A stretch of 64,000 bases of DNA from Deltaproteobacteria bacterium (GCA_016930875.1 JAFGFW010000170.1:2027-66026); one strand, 5' to 3'; counted from the first letter of the stretch, positions 46,161-54,406 are shown. The notes: generated by a model from the letters alone, not told the origin. Program-made: numbers and translations.

Positions 46161-46925
46161 CTATTGGGTCTCTGCTTCCCGCTGGTTTGGAGGGAGAAAC
46201 GCCATAAGCTTCTGCTCCACGATGCGAGGGTTTTCTCCGTTTGAAAGACAAATCACGCCCTCAAGCATCAACTCCTTGACCAGGACTTCCTCGCTGCTGC
46301 GGGTTTTGAGCTTGCCGGCAATTGGCATACAAAGAAGGTTGGCCGCAACCGCGCCGTAGAAGGTAGTCAAAAGGGCCACAGCCATGGCCGGTCCGATGGA
46401 GCTCGGATCACTCATAGACTGCAACATCTGCACAAGACCGATGAGGGTGCCGACCATACCGAGCGCCGGAGCATAAGTCCCCATGGTCGTAAAGATCTCT
46501 GCGCCGAGTTTGTGCCGATCCCGCACATAGGAAATCTCGGTTTCAAGGATTTCTCTGATCGAGGCAGGCTCCAGCCCGTCGATCGAGAGTTGAAGACCCT
46601 TCTGCAGAAACTCCTCATCAATGTTTTTTACCTCAGACTCCAAGGCAAGAATCCCTTCGCGACGGGCCTTGTTGGAAAACTCGCCAAATTGGTTGATGAT
46701 ATCCTTTGCCGGCGATACCTTTGAAAAAAAGACATTCCTCACAACCCCGATTACACCCAGTACTTCTTTCAAAGGGTAGTTGATCATGGTCGTGCCGAGG
46801 GTTCCACCGGCCACGATCATCAGGGAAGGAGCATTGACAAAGAGGCCGAGGCCTCCGCCCATAAAAATGGCCACAAGCACAAGGCCAAAGGCAGAAGCAA
46901 TTCCGAGAACGGTTGCAATGTCCAT
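46161..46925 (-). CDS. motA: flagellar stator protein MotA
   Basis: 254 aa, MotA/TolQ/ExbB channel family (APALGMVGTLIGLVQML..., AVALLTTFYGAVAANL). Confidence 0.9.
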   Translation of the reverse strand: MDIATVLGIASAFGLVLVAIFMGGGLGLFVNAPSLMIVAGGTLGTTMINYPLKEVLGVIGVVRNVFFSKVSPAKDIINQFGEFSNKARREGILALESEVKNIDEEFLQKGLQLSIDGLEPASIREILETEISYVRDRHKLGAEIFTTMGTYAPALGMVGTLIGLVQMLQSMSDPSSIGPAMAVALLTTFYGAVAANLLCMPIAGKLKTRSSEEVLVKELMLEGVICLSNGENPRIVEQKLMAFLPPNQREAETQ

Positions 46926-46969
46926 GTTTGTTCCCCTGTAATATAGTGTGATCTCAACTTAAGGATCAC

Positions 46970-46985
46970 AGCAACCTTTGTGCCA
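46970..46985 (-). promoter_or_regulatory. sigma-54 promoter (minus strand TGGCAC-AAAGG-TTGCT) for motA operon
   Basis: Exact TGGCAC-N5-TTGC. The -12 element lies 45 nt upstream of the motA ATG. Confidence 0.8.
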
Positions 46986-47229
46986 CTTCGATCAAATGGC
47001 TGGTGTGAGTGATCAATGGGAGGTAGTTAGCAGGACGAAAACGGTAAGAGCATTAGAGACATGACTTGAATATCTTTTAAATCCATATACTTTTATGGCT
47101 AACTTGCAAGAGGCCCGCCTGTTTGAGAAGCAATGAATTCCGTTGTGAATGACACCATCGCGTTTTCTGACAGACAAAGCGTGTCAAATGGGAAAGGTCC
47201 TGTCAATCTGTTGACGTGTTGAGGAAGTG

Positions 47230-47327
47230 GTGATTGGTCGTTGGTCGCTTGTCATTGGTCATTGAAGATCGTAGATATGCTGTACACTTCCTCACCTGCT
47301 CACTTTCCCACTTTCTCAGTTCCTAAC
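47230..47327. repeat. 14-unit drifting heptamer array (GTGATTG GTCGTTG GTCGCTT GTCATTG GTCATTG AAGATCG TAGATAT GCTGTAC ACTTCCT CACCTGC TCACTTT CCCACTT TCTCAGT TCCTAAC)
   Basis: Read in register directly from the sequence. It abuts the maf stop codon. Confidence 0.75.
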
Positions 47328-49096
47328 TATGCGGCTTTCCTGTTATATACAAGGTGTTGATCCATTTCCCGGACCTTTTTTGCAACCCGTTTCAATATAG
47401 ACCTGCACTCTGCCATTTCTCTCAGGCCATACCTGGACCGAGCGTGGACCAGGCCGGCAATATTGAAGATCTCGTTGTACAAATACGGCTGGTACAAAGG
47501 ATCCTGGCGAAGAAAAAAAAGGACTTGCGTTAATACTGTATGGATTTCCTGCTGGTGTCTGCCCGCCTTCTCAAACAGCCTTTTGAGCCGCTTCTGCACT
47601 GACCGCAAAGAACTGACCCACCGAGGGCTTCGGGCTTCAAACTCAGGCCAGGGCCTGGGCGACCTGCTCCGCTTCAGGGTGTCAACAAAGTGTTCCAGGC
47701 TTCCCTCTATTGAGCTCAGAAGCCCCTTGTCAATGACTTGAGTCCAGGTAACCTCTTTGCTTCCCTTAATGATTGCCCCTCCGCCGTAAAGGTTATAAAC
47801 AGGAATGTCGCATTGTTTCAGGTCATTTTCCAGATCCCTCAGTGCGGTTATATAGGCCAGGTCCGAATAGATAGTCTTGCCTTCCCTGTTTTTCATCACG
47901 ATGTGGCGCTTGGGGTCAAAACGGAATGTATTTCCACATGCGAGGTGACCAGCCACATGGGTTTTGTCCCCTGGCCAGGCAAAGTCATATCCCACGAGAA
48001 GGATCTGGCTCACGCCGCACCACCTGAGAAACCGGGTCAAGGCAACTCCAACGCTTCCCCCGCTCCTTAAGACCAGTTCCCGATCCCGCGGCATGTATGT
48101 GCCCAACCCCCAAACGGTCCAAAAGGGAAGGGTCTGGCCAGGATAGGCCCTCACTACCTCAGGAGCTACCTTGCAGGAATAGATGAGAGGGATGTCTTTG
48201 GCCCATTGCATATCCAGCCGATCATAAACCCTTTTCATGGCCATAGTGTAATCAATGGCAAGGCACAAATGGGGTTTAAGCCCATGCACTTGCAGGGCTG
48301 GCAGGGTTTGCAGGCCACAGGCGTGGAGGGCATAGCCCGGGTTTTCTGCCAGGAGCGGGGCAAATCTTGCCAAAGACGGACCTGCGCCGTGAATGACTGC
48401 CGTCAGCCCCCGGCCCTGGTTTTCAAGAGCCAAAAGGCTTCCGTCTTGAATCGCCCGGCCGAAATTCTTGAGTTCGTTCCTGACCATGACGTCCTGATTT
48501 GACCGTAATGTATTCACGTCAGCGCTGAAGTTTTCCAGGATCTCTTTCCAGTGGTTGGCCCAGGTGGCATATTCAGGTCCCAATTGGTGGCTGGGTATGT
48601 CAGGCAGAACAAAGATATTTCCGAACACATATTGCAGGTCCAGCTTCCAGACGACTTTGCGCAAAAATTCGAGGTTTGGAGGAACAAACAAGAGCCTGCT
48701 CTTCTCAAGAAACGGCCGATAATCGGTCTGGCCCAGACAGGCCAGGAGCATTTCGGCTCTGGGTTCGACCACCAACACCTTGTGAGAATCCGGGCTGTTC
48801 GCCAGAACATGATTGATCCCATAGCCCAGGTTACAGCCAATAATCAGAGTGGCGCTTGTCTCCGGCTTGTCCTTGGGAATCCAGTCGCGATACGCGGTCT
48901 TTGGACAGATGGCATCGAATAAACCCTTGCCCGAAGGAAGGCGCCAGTCAAGCAGTCCCCACCTGTTGGTCGTGAGGTTCTCACCAAGGTCACGGACCTC
49001 AGTTTTCTGACGGGCCAGCCAGCAAAAAACCGGTGCATTCAGTCTTTCCAGGGCCTTCAAATTTGCTTCCAGAAAAGGATGGGCTATCATGGCCAC
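47327..49096 (-). CDS. maf: motility-associated factor (Maf, DUF115-type) putative flagellin glycosyltransferase
   Basis: 589 aa. The central AVIHGAGPSLARF (G.GPSL) region and overall layout match my recollection of Maf/DUF115 proteins. Confidence 0.65.
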   Translation of the reverse strand: MAMIAHPFLEANLKALERLNAPVFCWLARQKTEVRDLGENLTTNRWGLLDWRLPSGKGLFDAICPKTAYRDWIPKDKPETSATLIIGCNLGYGINHVLANSPDSHKVLVVEPRAEMLLACLGQTDYRPFLEKSRLLFVPPNLEFLRKVVWKLDLQYVFGNIFVLPDIPSHQLGPEYATWANHWKEILENFSADVNTLRSNQDVMVRNELKNFGRAIQDGSLLALENQGRGLTAVIHGAGPSLARFAPLLAENPGYALHACGLQTLPALQVHGLKPHLCLAIDYTMAMKRVYDRLDMQWAKDIPLIYSCKVAPEVVRAYPGQTLPFWTVWGLGTYMPRDRELVLRSGGSVGVALTRFLRWCGVSQILLVGYDFAWPGDKTHVAGHLACGNTFRFDPKRHIVMKNREGKTIYSDLAYITALRDLENDLKQCDIPVYNLYGGGAIIKGSKEVTWTQVIDKGLLSSIEGSLEHFVDTLKRSRSPRPWPEFEARSPRWVSSLRSVQKRLKRLFEKAGRHQQEIHTVLTQVLFFLRQDPLYQPYLYNEIFNIAGLVHARSRYGLREMAECRSILKRVAKKVREMDQHLVYNRKAA

Positions 49097-49106
49097 TCAT
49101 TTCTTA

Positions 49107-50516
49107 CTATCGTTTCAATGCGATGAGTTCCGCCAGCATCTGGTCGGTCACCGTAATGATCTTGGAGTTGGCCTGAAATCCCCGCTGGGTCGTAATCATC
49201 CTCACAAATTCCGTGGCAATATCCACGTTCGATTGCTCAAGGGAGTTGGGCGAGATACTGCCCAGGCCGTTGTTTCCAGGAGCGCCGGTAATGGGGTCGC
49301 CGCTCAGCCTGGTCTCCCTGAAAAGGTTGCCTCCTTCCTTGTAAAGCCCGTTCTCGTTCTGAAACTTGGCAAGGGCCACCCGGTAGAGGGGAATGACCTC
49401 GCCATTGGAGTATTGACCGGTAATGGCGCCGTCCACCCCTACTGTAACAGACTGCAGAGCTCCGGCCCCATACCCGTTGGCCGACTGAAAGGTCGTTGAA
49501 GACGCTGTGGAATACTGGGTTGTGGAAAGCGATTCCGGCTCCCAGGTGCTGGTCGTGCTATTGCGGCGGGTCCCTGCATTTAGTTCGATAGTCATGGTTG
49601 TGCCGCTGACAAATGATGCGTCAAACGCCAGATAGCCATTGGTTGTAACGCTCTGAGCAGTCCAGCCGAGACCTGCGTCACTCAACGACGCGCCGCCATT
49701 GAAAGTGCTCATGGTCCCGCTGGTAATCGTGCCGCTCGTATTGAATGTGAGGGTCCCCCTTGCCAGCAAACCGGTGCCTGGGTCAGCAGCAGTGGTTCTT
49801 TGATCCTCGGACGGATTGCAGGTCACAATATACTCCCAGTTATTGGAAGTAGTGGGGTCAAAATAGATGGTAACATCGTGGGTGCTTCCCAGAGAATCGA
49901 ACACCTTGACGGTTGTCGAATAATCGTAGGCGCTGGTACCCAGAGGTGTTGTTTGGCTCCCGTCCCACGCTTCATGCAAATTTATTGTGTTACTCGTGGA
50001 ATCGGAATCAAGGTTTGTGATCATAGAAATTCTGTCTGTTTCAGAGGGAGGGGACGTAAACGAAGACAAAGTGATGTCCCCAATAGAACCCGTATTATTT
50101 CCGGTTGAGTCCAGCGACCATCCCCTTACTATGTAGCCTGCGGGATTGGTAAAATTGCCGTCCTTGTCAAACTGGAACTCACCGGCCCGCGTATAGAATT
50201 CATTGTTTTCATTGTTGGGATCTCTAACCATAAAAAAGCCCTCGCCACCAATGGCAAGATCCGTAGTGGAATCGGTTGATTCAAAAGATCCCTGGGCAAA
50301 ACTCGATGAAATATCAGCCAGATTCGTGCCACGCCCTACCTGGGCCGTGCCGGCCGTAGTGGCCACGGTCTGGCTCAGCACATCCTGAAAAGTCACCCGG
50401 CTTGCCTTGAAACCGACCGTGTTCACATTGGCGATATTGTCGCCAATAACGGTCATGGAATTTCCAAGGGTACTTAGACCACTGATGCCTGAAAAAAGCG
50501 CGCTTGAAAGTGACAT
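49107..50516 (-). CDS. flgE: flagellar hook protein FlgE
   Basis: MSLSSALFSGISGLSTLGNSMTVIGDNIANVNTVGFK; C-terminal EFVRMITTQRGFQANSKIITV. Confidence 0.95.
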   Translation of the reverse strand: MSLSSALFSGISGLSTLGNSMTVIGDNIANVNTVGFKASRVTFQDVLSQTVATTAGTAQVGRGTNLADISSSFAQGSFESTDSTTDLAIGGEGFFMVRDPNNENNEFYTRAGEFQFDKDGNFTNPAGYIVRGWSLDSTGNNTGSIGDITLSSFTSPPSETDRISMITNLDSDSTSNTINLHEAWDGSQTTPLGTSAYDYSTTVKVFDSLGSTHDVTIYFDPTTSNNWEYIVTCNPSEDQRTTAADPGTGLLARGTLTFNTSGTITSGTMSTFNGGASLSDAGLGWTAQSVTTNGYLAFDASFVSGTTMTIELNAGTRRNSTTSTWEPESLSTTQYSTASSTTFQSANGYGAGALQSVTVGVDGAITGQYSNGEVIPLYRVALAKFQNENGLYKEGGNLFRETRLSGDPITGAPGNNGLGSISPNSLEQSNVDIATEFVRMITTQRGFQANSKIITVTDQMLAELIALKR

Positions 50517-50540
50517 GTTATCTCCCCTCCTTTTGTCTGG

Positions 50541-50596
50541 TCATTGGTCACTGGTCACTTGTTCCATCTTCCTCCCTACTGTCTACTCCTTACTGC
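50541..50596. repeat. 8-unit heptamer array in flgD-flgE spacer (TCATTGG TCACTGG TCACTTG TTCCATC TTCCTCC CTACTGT CTACTCC TTACTGC)
   Basis: Read in register directly from the sequence. Confidence 0.75.
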
Positions 50597-50599
50597 CCG

Positions 50600-51265
50600 C
50601 TAACCACCGCTCTCCCTGACCTCTACAATGTTGGCAGGTGACACCAGCTTATCCCCGATCATAAAGTAAGGCATACCGCTCACATAGGTCACACCTGTTA
50701 CCTCTCCGGTGACATAGGCATTGCATCTTACAATGGAACCTTCTTCATCTCTAGCTTCGACCTCAATGGCGTAGACTCCGTCATCGACCATCTCGCCGGA
50801 ATTATCCCGGCCGTCCCATTCAAGATCGTGCTCACCGGCATCCTTCCAACCCTCATAGGTTTTTCGGACCTCGACCCCCTGCTCGTTGTAGATAGTAAAG
50901 GTCACATCGGCCCCGTTCTCCAGTTCATAGGAACTCAAGTCCGTTTGACCGTCCTTTATGCAAATCGTGTTATCATAAGTCTTGACCATCTTTCCCATAT
51001 AGTCAATGGCGTTGCCGTTCTCCTGAGCCATCAGGGCCCCCTGGATATCTGCGAGGTACTCGTTCATCTTGAATTGCTGCTCAAGGCCGGAAAACTGGGC
51101 TAACTGCGCTGTAAAATCCGTGCCCTCCATAGGATTCAAGGGATCTTGATGCTTGAGTTGGGCAACCAGCATAGTCAGAAATTGATTCATCCCGAGGTCG
51201 TCCTTGGATTTCGAGCTAACGTCCGGGGTCTGAGAGTAGATTGGTTCAAGAGCTGCTATGGACAT
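50600..51265 (-). CDS. flgD: flagellar hook capping protein FlgD
   Basis: FLTMLVAQLKHQDPLNPM motif plus a FlgD Ig-like C-terminal part. Confidence 0.9.
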   Translation of the reverse strand: MSIAALEPIYSQTPDVSSKSKDDLGMNQFLTMLVAQLKHQDPLNPMEGTDFTAQLAQFSGLEQQFKMNEYLADIQGALMAQENGNAIDYMGKMVKTYDNTICIKDGQTDLSSYELENGADVTFTIYNEQGVEVRKTYEGWKDAGEHDLEWDGRDNSGEMVDDGVYAIEVEARDEEGSIVRCNAYVTGEVTGVTYVSGMPYFMIGDKLVSPANIVEVRESGG

Positions 51266-51284
51266 GCTATCGCTCCTTTCTCAG

Positions 51285-51341
51285 TTGGTCATTGGTGACT
51301 AGTCACTAGTCATTAGTAACCAATGACTAATAACTAGTGAC
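51285..51341. repeat. heptamer array with internal palindromes (TTGGTCA TTGGTGA CTAGTCA CTAGTCA TTAGTAA CCAATGA CTAATAA CTAGTGA)
   Basis: TCATTGGT (51290-97) pairs with ACCAATGA (51319-26). GTCACTAGT (51302-10) pairs with ACTAGTGAC (51333-41). Confidence 0.8.
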
Positions 51342-51348
51342 TCTGTTT

Positions 51349-52977
51349 CTATGCAAACATATCCAGCAAGGCATTCCCGCGCATATGGCCCGCTGCTGTA
51401 TCGGCAATCACCGCTTCGCCTTCTGATTCACCAAATGAAGAAGCAGGGCTGTGCCTCCGCAATTGTGCCCCGCTGAGGTCCCTTTGAGCATTGGCCATGG
51501 AGTGGCCGAAGTTATGGTTGATTTCAACGTCTATCTTTTGGAGTTCAACACCTTGCTGCACCAGGACATCTCTGAGTTCATGGACATGAGACATCAAGAG
51601 TTCTTTTACAGAGTGATGCTCGGCGATCATGGCCACTTTCAATACGTTTTCCTTGAGCGTCATCTCCAGTTGAATGGATCCGAGGTGGGGAGGCTTTAAC
51701 TGGACACGCACCTGGTTGTCTCCCCTCTTCAGGGCCAGGCCAAGCTGTCTTCCCACTTGATCAACAACGTGCATGGGAATAACTCTGGCTCCTTGCCCTG
51801 CAACGGTCTGAGAAACAGGCGCTCGGCCCATCATGGCTTCTCTTCCCAGGAGGGCTGCAGTCCCGCTTTTCTGCTCAGGCGTCTTTTCCGAAGGTTTACT
51901 CCGAACAGTATCAGCCAGTCTTTTTATTCCGTGAAAGAACTTGTCCCTTTCTGACCGCAATTCAGCAGGCCCCTCACCCTTGACTGCAGGCTTATTCAAC
52001 TGCGATGCCACTTCTTTCCAGGCTTCTGCCGTTGGTTCCCCCGCCCGATTACCCTTACCCTTGGGTCCATCATGGGGAAGCCCCTTGAGTGTGCGGGAAT
52101 AACGGCGCTCCAAGGTGAACTTCGGGCCGTTTTCATTAGATGCCAATAACACGTTGGCCAGAAGCCCCTTTACTTGACTCTCCACCTGATCTTGCGACAA
52201 ACTCTGTGGCAACAGGCTGCCAATCTTCTCTTCAATGATCCGGACAAATCGTTCCAAAGACACGGGCCCGTCTATTCTGGCCGCCTCTTTTGCCAGGCCC
52301 ATGCGTGCCAGCATGCCCTTTACTTCCTCAGCGGACTGTTGCTCAAAGTGTTTGGTTCCTTTGGGCAGCTCCTCCGCAATTCCTTCCAGGTTCTGAATGA
52401 GATCTTTCAGGTTTAGACCTCCGCCGTCAACCCTTGCCTGGCTGATGACCTTTTTTGCCTGCTGGACATCCAGCCCAAGGCAACGTAACAGGGTCTCCAA
52501 ATAGGGCAAGGCCGAGACTTCAAGCACAGGATCACTGGCTTTTTTCTCGCACATTCTTCTTAAATCTGCGAGTTTCTCAAAAAGTTCGGTGATTTTGATC
52601 TCACGTCCACTATCACCACCAGAAAGTCGTTTGAGAAAGGCTTTTACATCGGATTCCGGGAGGCCCTCGGCCAACAGGAGTTTTTCCAGCCCAGGCAACG
52701 CATTGCCAGATAACGAAATGTCCTTTAAGGCAAGGCCGGCAGACAACAACTGGTTCCGGAGCAGATCGAGCCAGTCACGATCAGTATTTGCCCCCTTTGC
52801 TCCCTGACGCTTCTTAGGCGAAAAACCTTTTTTCGCAGCATCTAATGTCTGGTCCAGAAACAGCAAAAACAGCTTCCCTGGTTCTCCCTTATTCCCGGTC
52901 CTTCCTGCAGCGCCTTGTGGTTGGACGGCGTTCACGTGCTCAAGCAGACAGTCGAGTTTTATTGCTTGCGGATTCAT
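51349..52977 (-). CDS. fliK: flagellar hook-length control protein FliK
   Basis: 542 aa. C-terminal Flg_hook-type block VRVQLKPPHLGSIQLEMTLKENVLKV..., located upstream of flgD-flgE. Confidence 0.8.
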   Translation of the reverse strand: MNPQAIKLDCLLEHVNAVQPQGAAGRTGNKGEPGKLFLLFLDQTLDAAKKGFSPKKRQGAKGANTDRDWLDLLRNQLLSAGLALKDISLSGNALPGLEKLLLAEGLPESDVKAFLKRLSGGDSGREIKITELFEKLADLRRMCEKKASDPVLEVSALPYLETLLRCLGLDVQQAKKVISQARVDGGGLNLKDLIQNLEGIAEELPKGTKHFEQQSAEEVKGMLARMGLAKEAARIDGPVSLERFVRIIEEKIGSLLPQSLSQDQVESQVKGLLANVLLASNENGPKFTLERRYSRTLKGLPHDGPKGKGNRAGEPTAEAWKEVASQLNKPAVKGEGPAELRSERDKFFHGIKRLADTVRSKPSEKTPEQKSGTAALLGREAMMGRAPVSQTVAGQGARVIPMHVVDQVGRQLGLALKRGDNQVRVQLKPPHLGSIQLEMTLKENVLKVAMIAEHHSVKELLMSHVHELRDVLVQQGVELQKIDVEINHNFGHSMANAQRDLSGAQLRRHSPASSFGESEGEAVIADTAAGHMRGNALLDMFA

Positions 52978-53026
52978 GTTTGTCTTATTTGATCCCTCTG
53001 GTTTTCATGGTCGCTGGCTGTGTTTA

Positions 53027-53043
53027 GAGCAACGAACATGCCA
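53027..53043 (-). promoter_or_regulatory. sigma-54 promoter (minus strand TTGGCAT-GTTCG-TTGCT) for fliK operon
   Basis: Canonical GG-N10-GC spacing. The -12 element lies about 50 nt upstream of the fliK ATG. Confidence 0.7.
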
Positions 53044-53282
53044 AAAGAGATCGTCTGAGATATTAGCTGGAAAGACAGGAGGTTAGGGAAGCGGCATGCA
53101 TTTTAGAGCACGAAATACGCGGAAAAGGCTGAAATAATTTCCCCTGCAGAAGGTGTGGAGGAAAATATTTCCCCGGTTTCCCAAGCCGGTAACGGAAACA
53201 TCCGGGCCCAGGGGACGTGGCTTTGATATGCTAGCCATTTCGACGCCATACCGAACCGAGTATCGCAGAGCCGTCTCACTCT

Positions 53283-53325
53283 TTCAGCCGTCGTAGCCAA
53301 GGCTACTTTGGCGAAGTCGGCGACG
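53283..53325. repeat. copy of repeat family TTCAGCCGTCGTAGCCAWGGCTACTWTGGCGAAGTCGGCG
   Basis: Reverse-complement match to 19650-19692. Contains the palindrome GTAGCCAAGGCTAC. Confidence 0.75.
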
Positions 53326-53692
53326 AAGCCCGAAGGTAGGTTTTCAATACTAAGGGGATGAAGGTTTTTTCTGCAAGGCGATATCTCTGTTATTGGCACA
53401 GGTCTTCGCAGTGGTCAGATACTTATGATTGCTGGCACGGTCTCTTGCTCTTGGCAATAACTTCTTCTAATCATAAGTATATGGCCACGATGTTTGGGCA
53501 TAATTGATATCGTCTGGAAGAAAAAGCCTTCAGCCCCCGGCACTTGTGGCAACCGCGTTGCCCGAACTTTTTAAGAAGTGACGCCCAAAGGCCCACGTTT
53601 TCCATGTGAAATAAAACACTTGACTTTACGAGACTTACCTTCTATTATTTTGTATATGAGATGAGATATCTTCTTAAGGAGACAAGTTAAAG

Positions 53693-53896
53693 ATGGGAGT
53701 CAGTCCCACACAACATGTTCAAGTTTTCCCAATTGCAAAAACAACCTCATCTTCCGGGAAACACCCATACATGGCCACTCTTCAACGTCAAGATACAAAC
53801 GAGATATCTAACGATTTCCGCAAACCCCGTATTCCTCGACCTGCGAAACACCCCACCAGTTTTGAAAAGGGGAGCTTGGTGGACATCTACGCCTGA
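53693..53896 (+). CDS. small hypothetical protein (uncertain)
   Basis: 67 aa. An AGGAG lies 11 nt upstream of the ATG, and the stop lies 6 nt before the next ATG (possible translational coupling). The composition is low-complexity. Confidence 0.3.
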   Translation: MGVSPTQHVQVFPIAKTTSSSGKHPYMATLQRQDTNEISNDFRKPRIPRPAKHPTSFEKGSLVDIYA

Positions 53897-53902
53897 TACC
53901 AC

Positions 53903-54394
53903 ATGAAAAGAAATCTAAGAGTCATTGGCGCTATGAGTCTGGCGATAGTCCTGAGTTCTGCCGTTTGGGCAATGAACTCTCTGGTCAGTCCGGGCGATAT
54001 CGAGAAAATGAGAAAAGCAAAGATCAGCGATGCTGTGATTCAAACGCTGATTGCCGAACAAACATGTTCTGTCACAGCCGCTTTTCTAATAACACTAAAG
54101 AAATCTGGGGCGGATGATAAGATGCTGGAGGGGGTAATTTTGGCCGACCGATACAAGGACCCTGCCAAGGCGGACCTTTCAGCAAAGCAAATTGAGCTAC
54201 TGAAAAAAGCGGGTTATTCAGAGGAAATGATACTGAAGCTGTTTCATACCACTCCTGTAAAAAGGGTTGTGGACGAACAAGGCAATGAAAGCGTTGTTTA
54301 TGGTACAGGTGTGTCTTCCAAACCGGAGGCAACAACTCCGAGCCAATCCCAGGACAGTTTCAATATCTATATCGAAAAAATGGAACGTCCGTAA
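53903..54394 (+). CDS. secreted hypothetical protein with three short helical repeats
   Basis: Signal peptide MKRNLRVIGAMSLAIVLSSAVWA. Repeats of the form K(K)-[AS]-G/K-x-[SD]-[DE]-x-[MV]-[IL] (KAKISDAVIQTLI / KKSGADDKMLEGVI / KKAGYSEEMILKLF). Confidence 0.6.
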   Translation: MKRNLRVIGAMSLAIVLSSAVWAMNSLVSPGDIEKMRKAKISDAVIQTLIAEQTCSVTAAFLITLKKSGADDKMLEGVILADRYKDPAKADLSAKQIELLKKAGYSEEMILKLFHTTPVKRVVDEQGNESVVYGTGVSSKPEATTPSQSQDSFNIYIEKMERP

Positions 54395-54406
54395 CCCGGA
54401 TGAACC

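Noticed and set aside
53060-53200. CsrB/RsmZ-like CsrA-sequestering sRNA on the plus strand
   Set aside because: The segment is GGA-dense, but I see no promoter, no terminator and no consistent GGA-in-hairpin-loop arrangement. It is also the expected enhancer region of the fliK promoter. It is mentioned only as a sub-observation.
53103-53399. 98-aa minus-strand ORF upstream of fliK
   Set aside because: It spans the dispersed GTAGCCAAGGCTAC repeat copy and the palindromic sites. It has no Shine-Dalgarno and would lie upstream of and outside the fliK sigma-54 promoter.
53433-53449. Plus-strand TGGCACGGTCTCTTGCT as a sigma-54 promoter for the 53693/53903 gene pair
   Set aside because: GG to GC spacing is 11 nt instead of the strictly conserved 10 nt. 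A second similar motif at 53394 has the same defect. Both are kept only as an observation in the region finding.
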